From: a virus
Lineage: Duplodnaviria > Caudoviricetes
Reading direction: 5' to 3' (one strand)
Length of the DNA stretch: 55,329 nucleotides
IMG/VR virus record: IMGVR_UViG_3300029199_000006
Span: 1-55,329 of that record
Below, piece by piece: positions 7,948 to 17,302 of this stretch. How positions within the stretch are numbered: position 1 is the first letter of the stretch; every line of letters begins with the position of its first letter. A program made the translations under genes and the position numbers. The notes under the pieces are model-generated. The model worked only from the letters and a program-made list of their open reading frames with translations. It searched no databases and was not told the origin of the DNA.

Positions 7948-8840
7948 TATCTGCCTGCCAGGTAACGGTCCTGTTGTTCTGGAGACAGCTTCTCCAGGGC
8001 GGATTCCAGATCGCCACCGGACAATTTATCCAGGTGCGAAAACTCGCTGGTATTCGCCCGAGGGTTGTCCATTCCCGCTGCGGGAAGATCCCCCAGGTTC
8101 GGTGTCTGCGGACGCTGCGCTGCCGGTCTTGCCGGGGGCTTCGCGGGGGGGGCCTCGCCCTGCTTCTGCCCGCCAAACGCCTTCTGAATCTCCGCCTTAC
8201 CCTTGGCCAGAATCTCCCGAGGGCTCAGCCCCTCGATCTGTCCAGGCTCGTTGGTTGCCCAATGGCGCAACAGACCATCGAGGGCCACATGCTTGACCGC
8301 GTTGCCGTCCGCTTTAAACTCGGCATTGGCCGGATCCGCCATAAACCGCGATACCTCCCGGCTCCAGTTCGCGTCCTCCTGAGCCTGCAGGCGCTGCCGG
8401 TAATCGTTGGAGCGCACAACATCGGCCTGATCTTCGTACTCGGCCTGGCTCAGATCGCCGTCGGAGAGCTGTTCACGCAACGCTTTGAGCTGTTCCTTGG
8501 CCGCGTCCGTATATTCATAGGGATTGACCGGGGGCAACTTTTCTTCGCGGGGCTCCGGTTTGGGTTCTTCTGCAGGGGGTTCTTCCACAGGAGGGGTTTC
8601 AGCTTCTTCCTCCTTCGGCGGGTCATCCGTGCCGGGTTCCTCAACGGGCGGCTTGGCTTCCTCTTCGCCCTCATCGGTGCCCTCGTTCTCGCCCACTTCC
8701 TCTTCGCCCCCCTCATCGTCATCGGTGTCCACCGGGTTGGCCGTTGCCGTCAACTCTTCCGGGTCTACGTCCGCTTCAACGGCGGCCCTCTCTTCGGGGC
8801 TCAATGCGGCCAAATCTTCTTCGCTGTATCCGTGAGACAT
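7947..8840 (-). CDS. Capsid scaffolding protein
   Basis: Highly acidic, between portal and capsid; C-terminal LEKLSPEQQDRYL. Confidence 0.8.
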   Translation of the reverse strand: MSHGYSEEDLAALSPEERAAVEADVDPEELTATANPVDTDDDEGGEEEVGENEGTDEGEEEAKPPVEEPGTDDPPKEEEAETPPVEEPPAEEPKPEPREEKLPPVNPYEYTDAAKEQLKALREQLSDGDLSQAEYEDQADVVRSNDYRQRLQAQEDANWSREVSRFMADPANAEFKADGNAVKHVALDGLLRHWATNEPGQIEGLSPREILAKGKAEIQKAFGGQKQGEAPPAKPPARPAAQRPQTPNLGDLPAAGMDNPRANTSEFSHLDKLSGGDLESALEKLSPEQQDRYLAGR

Positions 8841-8852
8841 TTCCTGTTCTCC

Positions 8853-11048
8853 TTATTGCTGCGGTTGCTGTTCCGGCGCTGGCATCAGCCGCGCCCCATC
8901 GTCCATCACTTCATCCGCCATCGGCCCGAGCTCCGGGGCAATCGCCAGAGCACCGGCAATATCCAGGCTCTGTTGCATGGCCTCCAGCTTTTCCTTCATC
9001 GCCCGGACCATATCCAAGTCACCCTTGGCCATGGCCGCTTTGGCCTTGCCTTCCAACTCGGTCAATTCAGCGGTGAGCTTGCGCATCTGCAGTTGCTGGT
9101 CCTGCGCCTGCTGCTGCTCAAACTCGGCCCGTTCCTCGTCGCTCAATTCCTCATCCGAAGGACGCTGGCCGGTAATCTTGCGCACCCGGCCCACAATCTC
9201 GTCGCGCATCGGGATATCGGTCATTTCCAGAGCCACGTCCAGCAGGGCCACGGCAATGTTGCCCATGCCGCCATTGGCCAGAGCGGTAATCAACTCCATC
9301 AGCGACTGGTACATGGCCTGCCGCACACTGGACTGATACGCCTGCTCATCAATGATAAAGTCGGCCTTGGCCCGGCTGATCGGGTTCAAAATCTCGCCCT
9401 CTTCGCCGGGCTCGTTGACCGCCACATATTCCGGGGTTCCCCGTTCGTTCAGAATCCGGAAGGTTTTTTCCTGGTCGTAATACTGCTCCACCAGCGCCAG
9501 TTGCTTCTCGCCGCTGATCTGTCGGGCCAGCCGCAGATTATCAAACAGGCCCAGGGTCGCCATGCTGCCCTGTTCCTGCCGGCGCTCGATCGCCGCACCC
9601 GACACCGCGTTGGTCCGGCGGCCCATCAGCTCATCCGTCACCCCGGAAACCTCCGAAATGTACTGAGCGTTTTGAGCCATGAGCTGCACATATTCCTCGG
9701 CCAGCACCTTATCGTTGCGGATTTCCAGGGCTTTGCCGGGGTTTTTGGTGATAATGCCGTCAGGCCGGGCGACTTCTTCGGCCAGCTCGTCCACGTCATC
9801 CACCGCGCCCTTGTCCATAATGACCTGGTTGGTGGCCAAGATGAATTGGGCCTTGGAGCGGCACTTGTTCAAATCCGATTGCGGGTCACGCAGGTTCCGG
9901 ACCTCACCATAAGGGCTGTTGTCCCGCTTCTTGCGATAAGCCCATACCGGCGTTAAGGGGAAGCGGTTGTGCCAATACGGCAGGGCTTCGTCATGCAGCA
10001 GGGTGCCGTCATAAGCCTTTTCGCTTTCCATGCCCGACGGCGCGGTAAAAATCATCTTGCGCATCACCATCAACAGCCGCTTGCCCACAATCGGGGCTTC
10101 ACCGCTTGCCACTGCCCAGGCCTGCACCTCGTCCTGTTTGTTGAACCAACAGCCCCGCCACGGACCGTCACCGCCCAAAATCTCCACCACTTCCGGCTGT
10201 TTGTACCAGCACTCCACCAACCGCACCCGTTGCCGCCGGTTGAAATCGTCGGCGGGGATATTGTCGATGTAGGCCGTGCGATATTCGCCGGGCAGCCGCA
10301 AATCGTCGTCATCCATCCCGGTCAGATACGCCTGATCCTCTGCCGCTGCCGCCAGTTCGTGTTTAAACTCGGGGAACAGGGTCTGCGCCACGTCAAGATC
10401 GATCGATTTCGAGCGGAACAGATAGCGGCCGTCGCTCATGTCCGGCTCGGTAGACAGATGATCGTAATGCACGTTGCGCCAGTTCTCGTAGCGCACCATA
10501 AGAGGTTCTTCCAGAGGGTTGGCGTTGGTGCCTTCTTCGACCCACCCCACGCCCGCCGTCACGGCATCATCAAAGGCCCGCGACCAGACCGAGCGTTGCC
10601 GGTTGGCGTCGTGGACATATTTCAAGACCTTGGTTTTGCTCTCAGAGGCGTCAGCATCTTCCTTGCCCCGTGGCACCACCTTGAAATCGACCCGCGCCCG
10701 CTTCTCGGCTCCGGTAATCCAGGCAATCGCCGGTTTGACCTTGTTGAACACCAACGGGGCCTGATTGCGGTCCTGAATCTCCCGCTTCTCTTCTTCGGTC
10801 CACTGATCACCGTCGCGGAAATCCTGATCCGTGGCCATTTCCACCCGGTTATCGGCCTGATAGTCCCGCTCATCGATGTAGCGGCAAAGCATCTGCTTAA
10901 ACCGCTCCTGCGTCTTCGGCTTGTTGAGCTGTGCCCGTGATCCGGGTTTAGGCGCCACAGGAGCGACAGCCCGCTGTTCGGCGGCTTCATCCACCCAGGG
11001 TTGCCGGGCTTTGACCGTGCGCACGTTTTCGATTTCAGCTTTGTTCAT
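8853..11048 (-). CDS. Portal protein (P22-like)
   Basis: DFRDGDQW...PLVFNKVKP..WITG.E...YGEVRNLRDPQSDLNK..SK...SGAAIERRQEQG. Confidence 0.92.
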   Translation of the reverse strand: MNKAEIENVRTVKARQPWVDEAAEQRAVAPVAPKPGSRAQLNKPKTQERFKQMLCRYIDERDYQADNRVEMATDQDFRDGDQWTEEEKREIQDRNQAPLVFNKVKPAIAWITGAEKRARVDFKVVPRGKEDADASESKTKVLKYVHDANRQRSVWSRAFDDAVTAGVGWVEEGTNANPLEEPLMVRYENWRNVHYDHLSTEPDMSDGRYLFRSKSIDLDVAQTLFPEFKHELAAAAEDQAYLTGMDDDDLRLPGEYRTAYIDNIPADDFNRRQRVRLVECWYKQPEVVEILGGDGPWRGCWFNKQDEVQAWAVASGEAPIVGKRLLMVMRKMIFTAPSGMESEKAYDGTLLHDEALPYWHNRFPLTPVWAYRKKRDNSPYGEVRNLRDPQSDLNKCRSKAQFILATNQVIMDKGAVDDVDELAEEVARPDGIITKNPGKALEIRNDKVLAEEYVQLMAQNAQYISEVSGVTDELMGRRTNAVSGAAIERRQEQGSMATLGLFDNLRLARQISGEKQLALVEQYYDQEKTFRILNERGTPEYVAVNEPGEEGEILNPISRAKADFIIDEQAYQSSVRQAMYQSLMELITALANGGMGNIAVALLDVALEMTDIPMRDEIVGRVRKITGQRPSDEELSDEERAEFEQQQAQDQQLQMRKLTAELTELEGKAKAAMAKGDLDMVRAMKEKLEAMQQSLDIAGALAIAPELGPMADEVMDDGARLMPAPEQQPQQ

Positions 11049-11063
11049 GCCGTCAGCGCCTCT

Positions 11064-11462
11064 TTAGTCCAGCAGCTCGTGTTCAAACTTGCGCCCGTTG
11101 AGTGATCCATTGATCCGGCCCACCACCGTTTTCTCCCGTACCGGGACCCGGTAATCGACCAGAGCGTCCAGATGGTCCTGGATAAACATGGCGATCTGCG
11201 CCAGTGTGGCGTTATCCGTCGGGTAATCCAGAGCCAGAGCAATGTTGCGGCAAGCGGTCAGGCAATCGTATTGCTCGGCCCGACTCTCCGGCTCGTCGTA
11301 TTTCCATGCGCATTCCAGCGGGATAATAGCCGAACGGCCCAAACGTCCCGGACGATACAGGAACAGCGCCGGCTGTTCTTTGCCAGGCTTATCCGGATCG
11401 AGGGCCACCGAGGTAATCTGGTGAGCCAGGTCGCCTATCTGCTTAATCCCGATACCGATCAT
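11064..11462 (-). CDS. Hypothetical protein
   Basis: Translationally coupled ORF between terminase and portal. Confidence 0.7.
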   Translation of the reverse strand: MIGIGIKQIGDLAHQITSVALDPDKPGKEQPALFLYRPGRLGRSAIIPLECAWKYDEPESRAEQYDCLTACRNIALALDYPTDNATLAQIAMFIQDHLDALVDYRVPVREKTVVGRINGSLNGRKFEHELLD

Positions 11463-11911
11463 AACGACAACAGCTCCGTGCAGCGTTCGCGTGGAAAATC
11501 GAGGTGGCTTTGCGTGTGTCCGTCCACCGTGAGCTTGGTCCCGGCCTCTACCTGCGCCGACAGCCGCAGTTTGCCGTCCTGTTCCAGACAGACAAACGCG
11601 GGATTGTGGTTGTAAAGGAAGACCTTGGCCGCATGATCCTCCGTGGGTTGTTCTTCCGGACCTTCCAGCACATGCTCAAACCCCGGCACCGTTGGCACCA
11701 AAACCGCTGCAATCGCGCAATAGACCCTAGCTGACAGGGGTGCGTCATTGTCGGCGTAAATATTCCCGGCCTCTGCCGCCTTCTGCAGGGCTTCGGCATC
11801 GGCGATCTTCTGCGTTTTGGGCAGACGAGCCCACGGCGTAGACAGATCATCGTTCGGGTCCAGCTTGCGGACGGCTTCGTGGCAAATCTCGGCTATCAGG
11901 TCGATGGTCAT
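11459..11911 (-). CDS. Hypothetical protein
   Basis: AGGAG SD; coupled to the next gene. Confidence 0.65.
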   Translation of the reverse strand: MTIDLIAEICHEAVRKLDPNDDLSTPWARLPKTQKIADAEALQKAAEAGNIYADNDAPLSARVYCAIAAVLVPTVPGFEHVLEGPEEQPTEDHAAKVFLYNHNPAFVCLEQDGKLRLSAQVEAGTKLTVDGHTQSHLDFPRERCTELLSL

Positions 11912-11925
11912 TGCTGTTCGCTCCT

Positions 11926-13272
11926 TTACGCTGTTTTCCAGTTGCCGCTGCTGCGCTTGCGCCTTGCGGTTGTCCGGTGTGGCCCTTGATACCCCTGGGC
12001 GAATTGCCTGAATGCGTCAGAGCCGTTACTCGCCCAATCATGCAGCGGCTTCATGCGCCACGTCTGTGTTCTCTCGTCCCATTCGCGGCGATATGACCGC
12101 AGGGCTTTCAAGCCGTCCTTGCACCGCTCCCGATCAAACCAGCAGGCCCCTGATGCCAAAACCTGCCGGGTAACTTCGATTCCATCCTGCAGGTCATGCA
12201 CTCGCGGCACGACAACCAGTGGCCTTACCCCGCCCTCTTCCAAGGTTTGCTTGCGGCTCTTGTCGGTGGTCAACTCTGTCACCTCAACGTCGTGCGGCAA
12301 GTAATGCTCTCCGTAGATGTATCCACGGTCCTGCAAAACCTTGATGTAGTGAGCCAAGCCTTCGCCGTTTGTCTCGTAGTAGTCGATAAAGCGGTTTTCC
12401 TTGCCAATACGCTGATGGAACCAAATCGCCGTGGTGTCGTTGCGTCCCAAGTCCCAAAAGGTGTTAACCGGTATCGTTGGCTCTATCGGCACATTGCAGA
12501 TCCGGCCTGTCGGCACAAGCTCCGCCATTTCCTTGCCGTAAATCGCGCCTTCAATTTCCACCGAATCCCAACGGCCTTCCAGCAGCGCCTTTCGGTCCTT
12601 ATCCGACAGCAACAGCAGCCGCTCTCGGTACCCGGTCCCGGTCAGGTGGGGGTTGTCGGCCAGACTTGCAGGAATGAAGCGCCGGTAAATCTTCCGCCCT
12701 TCAACGTCGAGACACGAAAGTGTGGGGCTTCCTTCGTCGGGGACCTCCCACCTTGCCTTGACCCATTCGTGGCCTATCCCGCCAGGGTTGGTAGTCGCCC
12801 GGCAGTAGCACTTCAGGTCAGGGTCCGTTGTCCGCAGGCGCGACAGCAAGTATTCAAACGGCAGGGGGCTTGCCCATTGGGTTAACTCGTCCCACCCTAT
12901 GTACTGGAACTGCCTGCCTTGGTAACGGAACCGGTCTTTGTCCGACTCCAGATACCCGAACTCGATCTTTGCCCCGCTTGGGAACCGCCACTCTTTTGCG
13001 CTTTCGTGGTACACAGCTCCCGGAACGGCGCCCTGATAAAGCACCCGGCTGCGGTCGATCAACTCTCTGAGCTCCGGGAAAGAGCGCCTAAACAAAATCC
13101 CCCGGTAATGACTTTTGCGGATGGCTTCTTGCTGCAGGCTAAGGGCGTCGATCAGGATTGCGTCTGACTTCCCGCCTCCCGCCGCACCGCCATAAAGAAC
13201 CTCGTCCTCGTCGGCAGATAAAAATTCAGACTGTTTCGGCGTCGGCTGCCATAAAATGTTAGGCTCCGCCAT
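11926..13272 (-). CDS. terL: Terminase large subunit
   Basis: Walker A YGGAAGGGKS, Walker B IGWDE, ATTNPGG, nuclease WDLG..D and HDWASNGSDAFR. Confidence 0.95.
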   Translation of the reverse strand: MAEPNILWQPTPKQSEFLSADEDEVLYGGAAGGGKSDAILIDALSLQQEAIRKSHYRGILFRRSFPELRELIDRSRVLYQGAVPGAVYHESAKEWRFPSGAKIEFGYLESDKDRFRYQGRQFQYIGWDELTQWASPLPFEYLLSRLRTTDPDLKCYCRATTNPGGIGHEWVKARWEVPDEGSPTLSCLDVEGRKIYRRFIPASLADNPHLTGTGYRERLLLLSDKDRKALLEGRWDSVEIEGAIYGKEMAELVPTGRICNVPIEPTIPVNTFWDLGRNDTTAIWFHQRIGKENRFIDYYETNGEGLAHYIKVLQDRGYIYGEHYLPHDVEVTELTTDKSRKQTLEEGGVRPLVVVPRVHDLQDGIEVTRQVLASGACWFDRERCKDGLKALRSYRREWDERTQTWRMKPLHDWASNGSDAFRQFAQGYQGPHRTTARRKRSSGNWKTA

Positions 13273-13813
13273 CCCCGGCCCCTTGCTTTGCCGGAACGAC
13301 AATTACCCCAATAGGTGCCCCATCGGCCCCGGTGTGCTCTATCCGGTCCTTGAACATGCCGAGAAACTTCCCGATCAACTCCAGGTTCTTGGTCTTGTCG
13401 GCTACCTTGATTTTGACCTTCTTAACCTCTCGGCACTCTTCGCCTCGCCCTTCCGTGTACTCGTCTACCTGAATTTCGGTAAGTGCAGCGGCCTGCTCCC
13501 TGGTCAACTCAGACAAATCGACATAAGCCGTTCCGTCCGGCTGTACCGTGAAAAAGTCGGCCAAATTTGAAAAGGCGAGCTTGGACAATTCGGCCAGTAC
13601 CCGCTCTTGGGTTATTTCGGTCTTCTCCTGGATCTTGCGTTGACGCTTTGACACAGCTTCTTGAATTTCAACATTTCTCAACAGTCGTTCGCCCTGCTGC
13701 CCCGCTGTCTTTTTGCTGTACCCAGCACGGATAGCTGCCTGCGTGGCGTTCAGGTCCACCAGGTACTCATCCGCAAACCGCTGCTGCTTTGGTGTCAACT
13801 TCTTCACTGTCAT
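13259..13813 (-). CDS. terS: Terminase small subunit
   Basis: LTPKQQRFADEYLVDLNATQAAIRAGYS...KTKNLELIGKFLGMF. Confidence 0.95.
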   Translation of the reverse strand: MTVKKLTPKQQRFADEYLVDLNATQAAIRAGYSKKTAGQQGERLLRNVEIQEAVSKRQRKIQEKTEITQERVLAELSKLAFSNLADFFTVQPDGTAYVDLSELTREQAAALTEIQVDEYTEGRGEECREVKKVKIKVADKTKNLELIGKFLGMFKDRIEHTGADGAPIGVIVVPAKQGAGDGGA

Positions 13814-13821
13814 CCTGAAAA

Positions 13822-13860
13822 ACAAAAAGCCCGATAAAGCCTAATTGGCTCTACCGGGCT
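13822..13860 (-). terminator. Intrinsic terminator in the terS leader
   Basis: AGCCCGGTAGAGCC...GGCTTTATCGGGCT followed by TTTTGTTTTT. Confidence 0.7.
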
Positions 13861-14075
13861 CCGACCGCACCGTGAGGGGATCGTAGATTCCGTTGTTCTG
13901 ATTTTATCGGGGAGGCGGCAGCGCTACCAATAGGCCCGTCGGCCTACCATCCTTTTACAGATGACCTCCCCTTTCCTGGGGGGTGTTCTTAGCAAGCTTC
14001 GTCTCTCCGGCGCTAGACCCGTCACCCTAGGCATTAATGCGCGCCTCGCGCAACCGGAGAGACAAAACTCAAAAG

Positions 14076-14339
14076 CTAATCATGCAGAGACCGGTACAGA
14101 ATGTCTAACGCCAGCATCGCCACAAAGCACAAGGCCGAATAAACCCACTGGCCATCAAGCGCAAAAACAATAGTGGCAAGCGCCAGCCCGGCAGAAGACA
14201 AGGTTATGATGGCCAACACAAGCCGACGCAGAGTCTTGAGGATTTCTCCCACCAGCAGCCCCGCAACAAACGAGACTCGTTTCCTCCCGCCGTTCCCGTA
14301 ATCGGTCGTAGCCATTCCGCCCTGCCCCCTAAAACTCAA
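14076..14339 (-). CDS. Small membrane protein
   Basis: Two or three hydrophobic segments. Confidence 0.55.
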   Translation of the reverse strand: MSFRGQGGMATTDYGNGGRKRVSFVAGLLVGEILKTLRRLVLAIITLSSAGLALATIVFALDGQWVYSALCFVAMLALDILYRSLHD

Positions 14340-14520
14340 AGGCCACTCGCGGCTTGTTCGGCATCCCGCCGCAATTCATCTGCACCCGGATGGTCAATTC
14401 CCCGGTAAAGTCCTCCCCGGCCATTTCGACGGCACGGGGCAGCAGGTCGCGGACTTTACCGCAAACCTGATCCACGGCCCGATCCACTGCGATCTGCGTT
14501 TTGACCTTCATTCCGCCCAT
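14329..14520 (-). CDS. Small protein, possibly YezD/DUF2292-like
   Basis: FTGELTIRVQMNCGG beta-hairpin pattern; GGAGG SD; sits just upstream of the late region. Confidence 0.5.
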   Translation of the reverse strand: MGGMKVKTQIAVDRAVDQVCGKVRDLLPRAVEMAGEDFTGELTIRVQMNCGGMPNKPRVAFEF

Positions 14521-14659
14521 GCACCCTCCGGTTTATTGTCCCTGTCCACCCGCATTCTCTCAGAAAATTCACGCAGATGCAATGATATGGGGGGTAAACG
14601 TTTGCCTCATGGTTGGCGCTCTCTTTCGTCCATCAATCCTCCTTTAAAAATATTCCTTT

Positions 14660-15016
14660 TCATCCATTGCCATTGCCTCCTATCACGGTTGCCTTCGGAA
14701 AAACCTCTTCGAAAAACATTGAGATATATTCCATTGACTCTCCGTCATCGATGCGGAACGGTATCTCTACCCCTGTTTCGTGTTTCAGAATCATGTCATC
14801 TTCGCTTGCGTCAAAATCAGAATCTCGCATCACGAGGTATATGCCGGTTTGCGGCCACCCTGTTTTCGCGGCTATCCGTTTCCACCATGCTATTTTGTTC
14901 CGCCGTTGCTCTGCTTCATATTCCCCGTCAGGGTAGCAATCTTCCGGCCCCCATCCCTCGTTTCTCAAATCTCTCACCATAAAACCTCCAATAAAATCGG
15001 CTAACCAGCGGGTCAA
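14660..15016 (-). CDS. Hypothetical protein
   Basis: Acidic ORF; likely start MVRD after GGAGG. Confidence 0.6.
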   Translation of the reverse strand: MTRWLADFIGGFMVRDLRNEGWGPEDCYPDGEYEAEQRRNKIAWWKRIAAKTGWPQTGIYLVMRDSDFDASEDDMILKHETGVEIPFRIDDGESMEYISMFFEEVFPKATVIGGNGNG

Positions 15017-15046
15017 CGCGGAACGCCGAAACTGCCCGGCGTCCGG

Positions 15047-15247
15047 TTACCCTTGTCGTTGGGCTGCCCGTGTGTTCCAGTCAGCCACAACCTCATTCTT
15101 CGACCCGCGTCGCATGGACACGCAGTACTGGTTACACCGTATTTTCCAATTCGGTCGGCCCTTGCCGGGGTTTTCCAGCTCCGGTCCAACCGCAGGCATC
15201 CCGCAAAAGGGGCACGATAACAAGTCATTCAACTCGGATTCGTTCAT
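15047..15247 (-). CDS. Lar-like restriction alleviation protein
   Basis: LLSCPFCG...C..C...A.WNTR. Confidence 0.7.
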   Translation of the reverse strand: MNESELNDLLSCPFCGMPAVGPELENPGKGRPNWKIRCNQYCVSMRRGSKNEVVADWNTRAAQRQG

Positions 15248-15500
15248 CCGCTTCGCTCCTTCACTCTCCGGTTAATTCAAGCGTTATCCCTCATATCCGA
15301 TAAATTTAACCCGCTTCCCCACTCTGCCCCATTTCGGCTTAGGCGCTGGCCGGACCTTTTGCCATACATAGCCCATGTGGATCATCTGGTCGGGCTGTTT
15401 CGCAAGGCCGCCTTGAACGTGCCCGTTGTGTCTGAGATAGCGGCCTGAGTCTATATGCCTGCCAAGGCACTTCCAGCACCAACATTGGACTATTCCGTTT

Positions 15501-15689
15501 TCAGAGTGAGCCATCCCGCCCCCGATTAAATCCGCAAAAATATGCGGCTGTCCCAACGTCCTTTAATCTGTCAAGTTCTTCCCTCAGCCTTTGTACCTCT
15601 TTCTGTAGATCGTCAATTAAGCACAAGGGGCACTCTTCTGGATCTTCGTTTTTGTCGTGCTGGGCGCAAATCTTTATGTAATAACTCAT
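15501..15689 (-). CDS. Hypothetical Zn-finger/coiled-coil micro-protein
   Basis: C..H...CPLC followed by a heptad helix. Confidence 0.5.
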   Translation of the reverse strand: MSYYIKICAQHDKNEDPEECPLCLIDDLQKEVQRLREELDRLKDVGTAAYFCGFNRGRDGSL

Positions 15690-15893
15690 TATCCCCTCGC
15701 TTTCTTCAATTCTTTGAGCAGTGCGATTGCTGTTTGCTCCCTGTCCTGGTTGGAAACCTCTCTTTGCAGGTTACGCAATCGCACGACACACGGTAAAAAA
15801 CACCATCCTGGCACGGGCCAATGCGCTTATATCCGTTGCCTAAACAGCCGATCATCGTTGTTTGATATTTAGTTACATACTTACGTTCACCCA

Positions 15894-16121
15894 TCATTCC
15901 CTCGCTTTCTGAAAATCTGCAGACCATGCCTCTGTAAAATTGTCTTCAAAATATTGTCGAGCTACATACCACTGGTCAGCATGATTCATTGGATTCCTTG
16001 CCACCATTCCCATATCGTTTTCTGGATCGTCAACTTCTGACACACTGATGTGGGTCAGGTCTTCTCCAGAAACATACGGACGCATTTCGGCAATATTCGT
16101 TCTTACGTATTTTTTAAACAT
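15894..16121 (-). CDS. Hypothetical phage protein
   Basis: AEMRPY..GE...ISVS..D...MVARNP.NH.DQWYV...YF.DNF. Confidence 0.7.
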   Translation of the reverse strand: MFKKYVRTNIAEMRPYVSGEDLTHISVSEVDDPENDMGMVARNPMNHADQWYVARQYFEDNFTEAWSADFQKARE

Positions 16122-16405
16122 TCTCCCCTCGCTTTCTGGAGTAAAAGATTGAGTTTGAAGTCATTTCGGTGGGTTCTAAGGCCGGAACAAACAGGGCAAG
16201 TAGGAACATACCTAATCTTCCAATCTTCGCCAATCGCCGTTGATGATTTACTAAATTCCAACTTTTCCAGCATAGCCAGCAGTTCAGGTGCGGTGGCGAT
16301 TAGTCTGGCGTTGGCCTCGCCTGGAACTGAAGCCACGAGATTGTTTACCTCGTAATAAATCCAGCAAGAGTCAGAATCGTCCTGATTGTCTATTCTCCAC
16401 ATCAT
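16103..16405 (-). CDS. Hypothetical phage protein (ANARLIAxAPELL type)
   Basis: EANARLIATAPELL and CPVC motifs. Confidence 0.7.
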   Translation of the reverse strand: MMWRIDNQDDSDSCWIYYEVNNLVASVPGEANARLIATAPELLAMLEKLEFSKSSTAIGEDWKIRYVPTCPVCSGLRTHRNDFKLNLLLQKARGECLKNT

Positions 16406-16755
16406 CCCCTCGCTTTCTTCAACAAGCGACCCAATTTGCAGGTTTCGGCGTGTCTATCATAAACCTCATTACAGATGAGACAACGTAGGCTGATGCTTTT
16501 CCATTCCAGCTTTTCCAGCATGGCCAGAAGTTCGGCGTTAAGGGACTTCAACACCTCAATTTTTGCCGTCTTGTTGTAAAGGATCTCCACATATTCGGCG
16601 TTGGCTTCGAGTTTCCCACTCTCGTAGAAATGTTGCCGTTCGACCATCTTTCCAGCCAACCACCGACCATCGTGGCTTTCCCAGTCGTCTATTGCTTGTT
16701 CAAAGTCCATCATCCCCTCCCCCTCTCCTGTTTGCCCCTCGCAGCGTCCCGCCAT
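16402..16755 (-). CDS. Hypothetical phage protein
   Basis: Shares ELLAMLEKLE...CxxC...KARG with its neighbour; likely start MMDF. Confidence 0.6.
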   Translation of the reverse strand: MAGRCEGQTGEGEGMMDFEQAIDDWESHDGRWLAGKMVERQHFYESGKLEANAEYVEILYNKTAKIEVLKSLNAELLAMLEKLEWKSISLRCLICNEVYDRHAETCKLGRLLKKARG

Positions 16756-16873
16756 TCATCCCGCTGCTTCCTGAGTATGTTGTTGTCGATCTTTAGCTGC
16801 CGGATCTCCTGCAATAGCCGCCACTCTCGCATTAACTGCTCTGTTTGGCTCATATCGCATCTCATGTCGCCTC

Positions 16874-17302
16874 CTACGGGTAGATATGCCATCCTTTGTG
16901 CTGTCCGATTTTTAATATCAACGTCTCTATCTGGTCTTTGTCTACCCATGCTTTCGCTAGAAGGTGGCGAACCAATCCGAGCAACAGCAGTGGCGTGTCG
17001 ATCTGCTCCCATGCGATATCATACGGCCATTCGCTCCAATGAAGCGTTACCCCGTAATCGTCCAGCACGATCTGGTCAAAGTCTTTTTGTTGCTTCTCCA
17101 TGAGGGCTAAAACCTTGGCCGTAGGATCGTTTAGAGCCTCTGCCAATTCCTCGCCTGTGCCCTGCTTGCCACAACCAAAACAGAAAAACCTGTCTTTGTC
17201 CGGGGCGTAAATACAGCTTGGCGTTTTCTCAGCGTGGAAAGGGCACTTGCCCAAAAACCTGCCGTTGCTTTGCTTGTTAAAGACCTCTTCGACAATGTTC
17301 AT
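16874..17302 (-). CDS. CHC2 zinc-finger protein (primase-type Zn domain without TOPRIM)
   Basis: CPFHAEKTPSC...FFCFGCGKQG. Confidence 0.8.
   Translation of the reverse strand: MNIVEEVFNKQSNGRFLGKCPFHAEKTPSCIYAPDKDRFFCFGCGKQGTGEELAEALNDPTAKVLALMEKQQKDFDQIVLDDYGVTLHWSEWPYDIAWEQIDTPLLLLGLVRHLLAKAWVDKDQIETLILKIGQHKGWHIYP

Noticed and set aside
7974-9956. 660-aa + strand ORF
   Set aside because: Antisense shadow of scaffold and portal; no motifs
13909-13971. tRNA gene
   Set aside because: Cloverleaf-like but too short, with no T-loop consensus or 7-nt anticodon loop
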